Assembly: GCA_903825435.1 (NCBI GenBank) | Contig: CAIKAP010000199.1 | Span: 1,771-65,770 of the forward strand | Origin: an uncultured Verrucomicrobiota bacterium | GTDB taxonomy: Bacteria > Verrucomicrobiota > Verrucomicrobiia > Palsa-1439 | DNA: 64,000 nt | Direction: 5' to 3' | Shown here: piece after piece, positions 30,711 to 39,085 of the stretch | Layout: each line of letters begins with the position of its first letter | Position numbering within the stretch: position 1 is the stretch's first letter | Notes under the pieces: model-generated | What the model was told of the DNA's origin: nothing | The model's input: only the letters and a program-made list of their open reading frames with translations | Database searches by the model: none | Translations under genes and position numbers: made by a program

Positions 30711-32726
30711 ATGAAACGCATCCTAATTACACTCACTTTAGCGAGCCTCGCGCTCACCGTTCGTGGTGCCGACTTCGCCGCGCAAGTCAACGACCTCATC
30801 CCGAAACTCGCCGCCGCCGATGTCGGCAGCCGGTACGAAGCGCAGATGCAGTTGCAGGTCATCGCGTCTGCCTCTTCCATGCCCGGTAACGATGCCGACC
30901 GCGCTGCGCTTGGCGCCGTGCTCGCTGCAAAAGCCGCCGCTGCCAGCGTGCCGCAACCGGCTCGCGTCTGGATTATCCGCCAGCTTGAATACATGGGGCG
31001 TGGCGAAGTCGTTACCGCGCTCGGCGCGTTGCTTGGCGACGCCGATGCTGAGTTGCGCGAGTGCGCCCGCCGTGCGCTCGAGAAGAATCCGGACCCGAAA
31101 GCCATCAAAGTACTTCGCGCCGCGCTCCAGAAAGGCGGTGACACTACGTGGAAGATCGGCTTAATCCGTTCGCTTGGCGAGAAACACGATGCCGGTTCCG
31201 TGGCGATGCTTGTGCCGTTGTTGAACGACCCGAAACTCGGTCGTCCCGCAGCGAAGGCGCTCGGGTCAATCGCGTCGCCCGAGGCCATCGATGCGCTCTG
31301 GAAAGCGGTGGACACCCAAAGCTTCGCCTGTGAATCGTTGGTGGACGCGGTGAACTTTCTCCTCTCCGCTGGAAAACGCGACGGCGCTGTTACCGCCGCG
31401 GACAAACTTTATAAGTCAAGACTGCCTTCTCCGGTCCGTGCTGCTGGGCTGGCGTTGATGGCGAAGAGTGATGCAGAAGTTACAAAGCAGTACATTGAAC
31501 CGTCGTTGCGTAGCGGCGACACGCGACTGGAAAAAGCCGCTGTGGACGCTGCGCTCGTCATCTATGGCAAGACCGCATCGGCCACGCTGGCCGCGTTACT
31601 GCCAAAGCTGCCCGACTCTGCCAAGGTATTTGTACTAAACGCCCTCACGCCTGACCCATCGGCGGAGAAAGCCGCGCTCGGTTGCGCGACTGAGAAGGGC
31701 GAATCGGTCCGCATCGCCGCGCTCGAAGTACTGGCCAAAATCGGCACTGCTGCAAGTGTGACGGTGTTGATCAAGGCTGCTGTAAACGGTTCCGAGACAG
31801 AGAAGAATGCTGCTGCCGCCTCGCTAGGACGCATCAACGGCGCATTGGCGGGCGAGGCTATCGCCCAGCAGGCACGGCAAGGCGACGCAGCGGTACGTGC
31901 AGTCGCCATCGCATCACTGGCCGGGCGCGCCGATAAATCAGCAGTGCCGTCCCTGCTCAGTTGTGCGGCAGAAAACGACGCCAGCGTCAGCAAAGCTGCG
32001 CTCGTCGCCATCGGCAAGATCGGCAACGACGAGTCACTCGACAGCCTCGTGAGGCTCGTTCTTGACGGCAAACCCGGCGCGAAGGACGCGTTGCTAGCCG
32101 TTGCCAATCGCAGTGCGAATAAATCCGTCATCGGTCAGCAACTCGCCGCGCAGGCGCAGCGTGCCAGCAGCCAGCAACTCGCCGGCATCCTCGACGTGAT
32201 GTCTTTGGTGGGCGGCACCGACGCGCTTGCCGCCGTCGTGAAGTTCACCGCAGACGGCAACGACGAAGTCAAGGACGGCGCCATCCGTGCGCTCTGCCAG
32301 TGGCGCGAGTTTGCTGCGGTGAAACCGTTGCTCGATGTCGCCGCCACTACGGGCGTGAAGCTGACGCACCAAGTCTTGGCAATCCAAGGCGTGTGCCGGT
32401 TAGTGAGGAACGGGGCGAGCGAGCCGTCGATGGCACGTGTGGATGCCGCGCTGGCAGCGTTGAAGACGGCGGGACGTGACCAGGAGAAGAAGCAAGTGCT
32501 CTCCGCGCTCGCTTCAATCAAGGACCGCAAGGCTGCCGACGCGATCATTAAGTTACTGACCGACACGGCGGTGAAGACCGACGCGGCGCAGGCGGCACTC
32601 TTACTGGCCGACGCGTTGCGCAAACCCGACCGAGGCACGTCGAAGAAACTCGCGGAAGCCGTCAAGAAAGCGAACATCTCGCCCGAGTTGGACAATAGGG
32701 CAGAGCAGTTGTTGCGCAAGAAGTAG
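30711..32726 (+). CDS. Secreted HEAT-repeat protein
   Basis: Signal peptide MKRILITLTLASLALTVRG, followed by many ~30-aa repeats such as AAKALGSIASPEAIDALW and AALVAIGKIGNDESLDSLV. Confidence 0.7.
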   Translation: MKRILITLTLASLALTVRGADFAAQVNDLIPKLAAADVGSRYEAQMQLQVIASASSMPGNDADRAALGAVLAAKAAAASVPQPARVWIIRQLEYMGRGEVVTALGALLGDADAELRECARRALEKNPDPKAIKVLRAALQKGGDTTWKIGLIRSLGEKHDAGSVAMLVPLLNDPKLGRPAAKALGSIASPEAIDALWKAVDTQSFACESLVDAVNFLLSAGKRDGAVTAADKLYKSRLPSPVRAAGLALMAKSDAEVTKQYIEPSLRSGDTRLEKAAVDAALVIYGKTASATLAALLPKLPDSAKVFVLNALTPDPSAEKAALGCATEKGESVRIAALEVLAKIGTAASVTVLIKAAVNGSETEKNAAAASLGRINGALAGEAIAQQARQGDAAVRAVAIASLAGRADKSAVPSLLSCAAENDASVSKAALVAIGKIGNDESLDSLVRLVLDGKPGAKDALLAVANRSANKSVIGQQLAAQAQRASSQQLAGILDVMSLVGGTDALAAVVKFTADGNDEVKDGAIRALCQWREFAAVKPLLDVAATTGVKLTHQVLAIQGVCRLVRNGASEPSMARVDAALAALKTAGRDQEKKQVLSALASIKDRKAADAIIKLLTDTAVKTDAAQAALLLADALRKPDRGTSKKLAEAVKKANISPELDNRAEQLLRKK

Positions 32727-32818
32727 GTATGCTTCGACAATGTAGAGTAGAGTTTGTGAAGACGTTGCTGCTTACCGAAGTGCCCCAACACATCAACGCC
32801 TTGCTTGCGAGGTAACTT

Positions 32819-35137
32819 ATGCGAAATGGTTTTCTGGTTGTATGTGCCATGTCTCTGATCGCCCTCAACCTTCACGCCGCTGACCTGCGTCCCGCGATGT
32901 TCGACGAATCGAAGGTGCCATCGTTCACGTTGCCCGACCCGCTAGTGATGAGTGATGGAACGAAGGTTGCCGACGCCTGCCAGTGGCGTGAGAAGCGCCG
33001 TCCCGAAATCCTTGAACTCTACCGCAGCCAGGTTTTTGGCCACACGCCGCAAACCATGCCGCTTAAATGCAAACTCATCTCCTGCGACAAGCAGGCGCTT
33101 GGCGGCAAAGCGACCCGCAAGTTGTTCCGTCTTTCGACGGCGAACGGCGCTTGGGGCATGGATCTGTTGGTTTATCTGCCTAACGGCGCCGGCGGTCCAG
33201 TGCCGCTTTTCCTGAGCATGAACTTCGACGGCAACCATACCATCAACCCTGATTCCGGCATCCCGATTCGTGAGCAGTGGACATGGGACAGTAAGCTGAA
33301 GCAGGAAAAACTCGTTCGCCCCACCGAGGAGACACGCGGCAAGGACGTCAATCGTTGGCCAATTGATACGATCCTCTCGCGCGGTTACGGTGTAGCGACG
33401 GTGGCGCGTGCCGACGTCGAACCGGATTACGCGGAAGGCTGGCGACACGGTGTGCGTGCCGTCTATTCCGGCGATTGGGGTGCTATCGGTGCGTGGGCGT
33501 GGAGCTTGAGCCGTGCGCTCGATTGTCTGGAGAAGGACGCCGACGTGGACGCGCGCCACGTCGCGGTCATCGGTCACTCGCGTCTCGGTAAGACGGCGCT
33601 CTGGGCGGGTGCGCAGGATGAGCGGCTCGCTCTGGTGATCTCGAACGACTCTGGCGAAGGTGGCGCGTCAATCACGCGTCGTTGTTTCGGCGAGACGATT
33701 GCGCTGATGAACAGGAAATTCCCGCACTGGTTCTGTGCGAACTACAAGAAGTACAGCGACCGTGAGAACGACCTGCTGGTGGACGCGCATATGCTGGTGG
33801 CGTTGGGTGCGCCGCGTCCGATCTACGTGGCGAGCGCATCGGAGGATTTGTGGGCTGATCCGAAGGGTGAGTTCATGGCCTGTCAGAACGCCGACCCGGT
33901 TTACCGGTTGCTTGGTGTCGCCGGGTTTGGTGTGGACGCCATGCCGCCGGTCAATATGCCGGTCGGTAAAACCATTGGCTACCATCTTCGTAAGGGGAAA
34001 CACGACATCACCGAGTACGATTGGAAACAGTACCTCGCGTTTGCCGATCGCCATTTCAAGAAGATTTACGCGGTTTACTTCGGCACGTACACCAAGGGTA
34101 AGAGCAAGGGGATTTACCGTGCGCTCTTCGATGCCGCGACCGGCAAGCTCGCTGAGCCGGAGTTGGCGGCGGAGACGAAGAACCCGTCGTTCCTAGCGAT
34201 TCATCCGAGCCGAAAATTCCTGTACACCGTCGGTGAGGTGTTGGGGAAGAGAGGTGGCGTAGTCAGCGCGTTCGCCATCGAGCCATCGGGCAAACTCACG
34301 CTCATGAACCAGCAATCAACCATCGGCGGCGGACCGTGCTATGTCGGCGTTGACAATACCGGCAAGAACGCGCTTGTCGCCAACTATGGCGGCGGCAGCG
34401 TGGCGGTGTTTCCGATCGGCACAGATGGCACGCTCGGAGAAGCGACGGCTTTTGTGCAACACACCACGTCTCGTATAGACCCACTACCCCAGAAGGTAGC
34501 ACACGCGCACTCGATTTTTCTTGATGCGGAAAACCGATTTGCGTTTGCGCCAGACCTTGGTCTGGACAAGGTGATGATATACAAGTTTGACGCCGACAAG
34601 GGCGCGCTCACGCCCAACGTCCCGCCGTTCACCGCCGTCGCGCCCGGATCGGGGCCGCGGCATTTTGCGTTTCATCCGAACGGCCGGTTTGCGTACGTCA
34701 TCAACGAGATAGCCTGCACCGTCACGGTGTTCCGTTATGACGCAGAGCGCGGTGCGCTTAGCGAGGTGCAGACGATTGCGACATTGCCAGCGGGCGAGTC
34801 AGTGCGGGCAGGCTACAGCACCGCCGAGGTGCGTGTCCATTCATCGGGCAGGTTCCTCTACGGCTCCAACCGCGGCCATAACAGTATCGCTGTGTTCGCG
34901 ATTGACGGCGAGAGCGGTAAACTGACGCTGATTCAGCACGAGCCGACGCAGGGCAAGACGCCGCGTAACTTTAACCTCGATCCGGCCGGCAGATGGCTGT
35001 TGGTAGCGCACCAGAACTCCGATTCAGTTGTCGTGTTCCGCGTTGATCCCGCGACAGGAAAACTGACGCCGACCGGGCAAAGCATTGAGATCGGCTCGCC
35101 GGTGTGTGTGAAGTTCATGCCAGTGGAGCTGCCATGA
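32819..35137 (+). CDS. Fusion protein: CE15-like glucuronoyl/acetyl-xylan esterase (N) + 7-bladed lactonase / 6-phosphogluconolactonase-like beta-propeller (C)
   Basis: Signal peptide, then a nucleophile elbow VIGHSRLGKTALWAGAQDERLA (CE15 S-R-x-G-K pattern). From about aa 425 come YFGTYTKGKSKGIY and GSGPRHFAFHPNGRFAYVINE, typical of the lactonase propeller family. Confidence 0.7.
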   Translation: MRNGFLVVCAMSLIALNLHAADLRPAMFDESKVPSFTLPDPLVMSDGTKVADACQWREKRRPEILELYRSQVFGHTPQTMPLKCKLISCDKQALGGKATRKLFRLSTANGAWGMDLLVYLPNGAGGPVPLFLSMNFDGNHTINPDSGIPIREQWTWDSKLKQEKLVRPTEETRGKDVNRWPIDTILSRGYGVATVARADVEPDYAEGWRHGVRAVYSGDWGAIGAWAWSLSRALDCLEKDADVDARHVAVIGHSRLGKTALWAGAQDERLALVISNDSGEGGASITRRCFGETIALMNRKFPHWFCANYKKYSDRENDLLVDAHMLVALGAPRPIYVASASEDLWADPKGEFMACQNADPVYRLLGVAGFGVDAMPPVNMPVGKTIGYHLRKGKHDITEYDWKQYLAFADRHFKKIYAVYFGTYTKGKSKGIYRALFDAATGKLAEPELAAETKNPSFLAIHPSRKFLYTVGEVLGKRGGVVSAFAIEPSGKLTLMNQQSTIGGGPCYVGVDNTGKNALVANYGGGSVAVFPIGTDGTLGEATAFVQHTTSRIDPLPQKVAHAHSIFLDAENRFAFAPDLGLDKVMIYKFDADKGALTPNVPPFTAVAPGSGPRHFAFHPNGRFAYVINEIACTVTVFRYDAERGALSEVQTIATLPAGESVRAGYSTAEVRVHSSGRFLYGSNRGHNSIAVFAIDGESGKLTLIQHEPTQGKTPRNFNLDPAGRWLLVAHQNSDSVVVFRVDPATGKLTPTGQSIEIGSPVCVKFMPVELP

Positions 35138-35218
35138 AGATGCAGAACGCGGGTGACGTGACCGCGCTTTTTCGAGCCACCTGTGATGTTAGTCTGGGGC
35201 CTAGAGAAAGGACCCAGT

Positions 35219-35314
35219 ATGAAAGGCAAGCGGTATACGACAGAGGATAAGATTCGCATCCTGCGGGAACCCTTGGAGACGCTGGAGAAGATGATGCGCC
35301 TCTGCGAAGTCTGA
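35219..35314 (+). mobile_element. IS3-family transposase OrfA N-terminal remnant
   Basis: The translation MKGKRYTTEDKIRILRE.. matches the conserved start of IS3/IS407-type OrfA HTH proteins. It then diverges and stops after 31 codons. Confidence 0.45.
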
Positions 35315-35422
35315 TCCGGACCCCCCGTCACCATGTCGCTGAGTGTCCGCCGTTGTAGGGCGCAATGAAGTCGCTCGGCAGCCATACCTGCTCTGCCCGT
35401 CCTGTGCTGCATGGTGAAGCAA

Positions 35423-35838
35423 TTACTTGCTTCCAACTCTCCGTGCCTCAATGCGAGATGCTTGGAAGCGAATGAGTTCATCTATAAGCTGATACATCTG
35501 TTCGCTGGTAGTGGACTCTTTCCATGCGAAGGCATTGGCGATAGCTCGGAAGACGGTCGCCTCGACGCACCTTTCCTCAACTGCCTGTTCGTAAGCAGGA
35601 TGCGAGACGTTGATGTTGATTACCAATGCGTCGTTATCGAAGCGACACTCGTAACGTCAACTCCGAGAGGCTTCGTTGTGATCTTGTAGTTCTTCTTGCC
35701 TAAATGAATCTGGCCGATTCCCGGCAGTGCATCCAATTCATGTCGCAATTTCTTGTCAGTAATGCCTGCCGGGTTAGGGCGCAATAATCTGAAACCGTTC
35801 CGACCGGACAAGCTCGATGCTGTTGTAATCCTCAGCAT
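35423..35838 (-). pseudogene. Disrupted unknown gene downstream of the restriction endonuclease (two frames)
   Basis: ORF 35620-35838 (..ITDKKLRHELDALPGIGQIHLGKKNYKITTKPLGVDV..) continues in another frame as ..RYECRFDNDALVININVSHPAYEQAVEERCVEATVF.. (35423-35650). The frame switch lies near 35620-35650. I recognise no family. Confidence 0.3.
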
Positions 35839-36535
35839 CGTTGAACTTGAACTGCCAAAGGGAATAGCATGAATCGTCGCACTGAAAGAAAATCGTCACT
35901 ACCGGTTTCTTCGTGCACGCCTGCCATTGCCGGTAAGGATAGTAAAGCTGGCGGATGATGGTGTTCGTGGAAGAGGCGGACTTTGCTTCGATTAGTGCGA
36001 CTTGGTTTCTACCTTCGTAGCCGGCGTCAACCTCAGTCTGAACGCTTTGTGTTTCCAACCGGCACTTCCCCACGCGAAAGCTGAATTGAGGTGTGTATTT
36101 CCGTCCGCGAATCGTCAGCACGAGCGATGGGTCTTGGAGGAATGTCCGAATCAGACTTGAAGCGTATGCGAAATCAAGGTGCTGCATCTCCGAGTCACCA
36201 ACCACGGAGGTATCCAAGTGAAAATCCAACTGCGATTTGTAAACGCGGTTCGTCCTTTTGATCGGCGGTATGTCAACGTAGCCTTCCCCTTGAACAACCC
36301 CGTACGTGCCGTTTCGGGTTGGCAGGAGAAACAAACCGTTTTCACGGAACACGCCCGGCCGGTCCTCTCGCGAATCTTGCTTGCAGAGAATTCGGACTTC
36401 TCGTTCATTTGTCGTCTGGAAATGGCGAGTGGCTTTCTTGATCTGATCGGCAGTTACCGAAAATGCACCTCGCGCGAAATCGTGGCGAAGCATGCCGGTA
36501 TGTTCGGCGATTGCCGCCCAAGGAGCATCGTTCAC
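35774..36535 (-). CDS. Type II restriction endonuclease (PD-(D/E)xK-like), specificity unknown
   Basis: 253 aa directly downstream of the methyltransferase. The GTG start is preceded by AAGGGAGGG. The candidate catalytic segment is VQTEVDAGYEGRNQVALIEAKS (D..E.K). The call rests mainly on context. Confidence 0.6.
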   Translation of the reverse strand: MNDAPWAAIAEHTGMLRHDFARGAFSVTADQIKKATRHFQTTNEREVRILCKQDSREDRPGVFRENGLFLLPTRNGTYGVVQGEGYVDIPPIKRTNRVYKSQLDFHLDTSVVGDSEMQHLDFAYASSLIRTFLQDPSLVLTIRGRKYTPQFSFRVGKCRLETQSVQTEVDAGYEGRNQVALIEAKSASSTNTIIRQLYYPYRQWQACTKKPVVTIFFQCDDSCYSLWQFKFNDAEDYNSIELVRSERFQIIAP

Positions 36536-36536
36536 G

Positions 36537-37479
36537 TCAGCGCCCTCCCTTGTCTTCGGAGAGGCTGAAAAGATCGCTTTTCTCGCTGACTTCCTGCTTT
36601 AGACGATTGGCAGCAAGTTCACAGTGCTTGGGATCAAGTTCAATCCCAACAGATCGTCGTCCCTGTCTCACGCAGGCGACGGAGGTTGTCCCCCCCCCCC
36701 ACGAATGGATCAAGAACGAGGTCGCCTTTGTTGGTGGAGGCGAGCAAACAGCGTTCAACTAGCGCGACCGGCTTCTGCGTTGGATGCTTGCCAAACTTCT
36801 TCTCATCGCTACCGGGCGCGGACATCGTCCAAACAGTTTTCATCTGCTTGCCGGTCACAGCTCGCATGTCGTCGTAGTTGAAGACATGCCGGCTCTTCTC
36901 GCTCTTCGCGGCCCAGAGGACGGTCTCGGTTGAGTGCGTGAAACACCGGCAGCCGAGGTTCGGCGGCGGGTTGGGTTTTTCCCATGCGATGTCGTTGAGG
37001 ATGCGGTAGCCGAGTTGTTGCATGGCGTAGCCGACGCTGAAAATGACGTGCAGTGTGCCGGTCACCCAAATTGTGCCGTTGGGTTTGAGCACACGCCGGC
37101 AACGCTCCAGCCAAGCGCGGTTGAAGTTGTGGTTCTCTTCCGCGCCTTGTGATTTATCCCAGTCGCCTTTGTGAACGCTGACCATCTTGCCGGCGTGACA
37201 GGTGATGCCGCCATTGGAGAGGAAGTACGGCGGGTCGGCAAAAATCATGTCGAAGCAACCATCAGGATATTTCGCGGCGATGGCGTCGAGCACCTCCAGA
37301 CAGTCACCTTGGTACAGGAAGACACCGTGATTGTCGTCCCGGTAGACGCAGTTGAGCAGCACGAGGGCCGCCTCACCGATGGTGATGCCCTCGACGGGAT
37401 TGATCGCGCCGATGCGTTCCGGTTTCTCATGATACCGGAAAAGCTCCGACGGCTTCTTGGTCTTGGTCTTTTTGGCCAT
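36537..37479 (-). pseudogene. Beta-class (DPPY) N6-adenine/N4-cytosine DNA methyltransferase, DpnA/M.MboI-B-like, disrupted by a +1 frameshift in a G11 tract (candidate phase-variable gene)
   Basis: Motif IV MIFADPPYFLSNGG, GDWDK, HSTETVLWA, GKHPTQKPVALVERCL. The frame ends ..DPFVGGGDNLRR..* at 36640, while the next frame (36537-36758) carries the missing motif I, [22 protein letters not shown]. Confidence 0.8.
36690..36700. repeat. Homopolymer C11 (G11 on the coding strand) inside the methyltransferase
   Basis: Read directly: ..ggttgtc cccccccccc acgaatgg.. It is the longest mononucleotide run I saw in the window. Confidence 0.95.
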
Positions 37480-37485
37480 GAGGCG

Positions 37486-37520
37486 GATCGATCACTGTTT
37501 TGGCGGAAATGATCAAGATC
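37486..37520. promoter_or_regulatory. Cluster of four GATC sites immediately upstream of the methyltransferase start
   Basis: ggcGGATCGATCactgttttggcggaaatGATCaaGATCaatcg. GATC occurs at 37486, 37490, 37511 and 37517. The MTase ATG (complement) is at 37479. Confidence 0.35.
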
Positions 37521-37544
37521 AATCGTGAGTCAGTTAGCGCGGCC

Positions 37545-37802
37545 ACATCATCCCTTGGCAGCCTCGCGCCTCTCTGGAATGGCTTGCTTTTCAGAAGAAC
37601 CTAAGAAAGTTCTGATTTGATCTCTTGCTATAACGATTGCGTACAATTTCCCCGGTGTCGCCCCGCAAATTGTCGCAACATCAGTTCACTCAACTTCGAC
37701 AAACTGCTTCAAAGTCTCGATCCCAGCTTGTCGGAGAATATCGAGGCATTCTTCAGACAGCTTCAAGGTGCCGATACTATTGGAAAGTTCGACATTCATC
37801 AA
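37545..37802 (-). pseudogene. Possible decayed RNA-polymerase-alpha-CTD-like helix-hairpin-helix protein
   Basis: The minus-strand frame reads MNVELSNSIGTLKLSEECLDILRQAGIETLKQFVEVE*TDVATICGATPGKLYAIVIARDQI. This resembles the alpha-CTD HhH pattern (LS.R..N.L...GI.T...L) but is interrupted by an in-frame TGA at 37686-37688. Confidence 0.3.
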
Positions 37803-38061
37803 TTACGCGCGTCTGACTGGTCGCCTTCATCGTGTACAGCCCGCAGAAGCGGGCCGATGGAGCCGGTGTCGGCATCAAAGCCAAACACCAAACCGTTAAT
37901 GAACTTTAAGTTCACATTGCCAACCTGTCGCTTTTGCATGTCAATCCTTCCGTAAACTGTTTCGTTTCGACCGGCCATGTTTCTGCCCAAATTCTACAGC
38001 AGTTGGCGAGGCTATTTAATAAATCGGGCAAGCTGGAACAAAAACGGAACATGAGGTGACG

Positions 38062-38709
38062 TTAGACGCCGATTTTGGGGCAGAGGTCGTGGAGTTCGCA
38101 GTGAGCGCAGTCCGGTTTGCGGGCGATGCAACGACGGCGTCCGTGCCAGATGAGCAGGTGGGAGAAATCTATCCAGTTTTTGCGCGGGACGATTTTCATC
38201 AACGCTTGCTCGATCTTTTCTGGCGTGGCTTGGCGCGTGAGGCCCATGCGACGAGAGAGGCGCATGACGTGGGTGTCCACGACGATGCCTTCGGCTTTGC
38301 CGTAGCCGGTGCCGAGGACGACGTTGGCGGTCTTGCGTCCGATGCCGGCGAGTTGAACCAACGCTTCCAGCGTGTCGGGGACGCGTCCGCCGTGTTGCTC
38401 GGCGATGGCGCGGCAGCAGCGGCGGATGGAGCGGGCTTTATTGCGGAAGAAACCGGTCGGATGGATGATGAGTTCGAGTTCGCCGGGAGGCGCGGCGGCA
38501 AAGTCAGCGGCGGTGTGGTAGCGCGCGAAAAGGGCGGGTGTGACTTGGTTGACGCGGACGTCGGTGCATTGGGCGCTGAGGATGGTGGCGACGAGAAGCT
38601 GGAGCGGGTCGGTGTGTTCGAGGGCGCAACGGTAGTCGGGGTGGGCGCGTCGCAGGGTGGCGATGAGGTGCGGGAGACGTTGGGACAATTTGGGCTTGGC
38701 AGCACTCAC
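38062..38709 (-). CDS. nth: Endonuclease III
   Basis: LLVATILSAQCTDVRVN, HhH-GPD motif LAGIGRKTANVVLG, Fe-S loop CIARKPDCAHCELHDLC. The GTG at 38709 is preferred because the ORF to 38784 would overlap the divergent fdxA start. Confidence 0.88.
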   Translation of the reverse strand: MSAAKPKLSQRLPHLIATLRRAHPDYRCALEHTDPLQLLVATILSAQCTDVRVNQVTPALFARYHTAADFAAAPPGELELIIHPTGFFRNKARSIRRCCRAIAEQHGGRVPDTLEALVQLAGIGRKTANVVLGTGYGKAEGIVVDTHVMRLSRRMGLTRQATPEKIEQALMKIVPRKNWIDFSHLLIWHGRRRCIARKPDCAHCELHDLCPKIGV

Positions 38710-38775
38710 AGCAGGGAGTATAGCATACGGCACTGTGCGCGAGTGGCGGTGTGAAATCGAAAAGGAGAATTCATT

Positions 38776-39075
38776 ATGGCCCATGTAGTTGCAGAACCTT
38801 GTGTTGGTTGCAAGTTTACGGATTGCGTCGAGGTGTGCCCGACGAACTGTTTTTACGAGACGGCGGACCGCGTGGTCATCAATCCCGACGAGTGCATTGA
38901 TTGCACCTCATGCGTGCCGGTTTGCCCAGTGGCAGCGATCTTCGCGGAGGGAGACCTACCCGATCAGTGGAAGAGTTACATTGCCTCTAATCGCGATCTT
39001 ATGGCGGGCGCCACGCAGATCACGGTGAAGAAAGAGGCGCTCGGCAAAGGCACGCCGAAGTGCCAGCCGAAATAG
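38776..39075 (+). CDS. fdxA: Ferredoxin (7Fe FdxA type)
   Basis: Cluster motifs CVGCKFTDCVEVCP and CIDCTSCVPVCP. Confidence 0.9.
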   Translation: MAHVVAEPCVGCKFTDCVEVCPTNCFYETADRVVINPDECIDCTSCVPVCPVAAIFAEGDLPDQWKSYIASNRDLMAGATQITVKKEALGKGTPKCQPK

Positions 39076-39085
39076 TAAACGGCGT

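Noticed and set aside
37686-37688. In-frame TGA in the HhH-like frame as selenocysteine or programmed readthrough
   Set aside because: There is no SECIS-like hairpin directly downstream. The surrounding islet is full of decayed genes, so a pseudogene is the simpler explanation.
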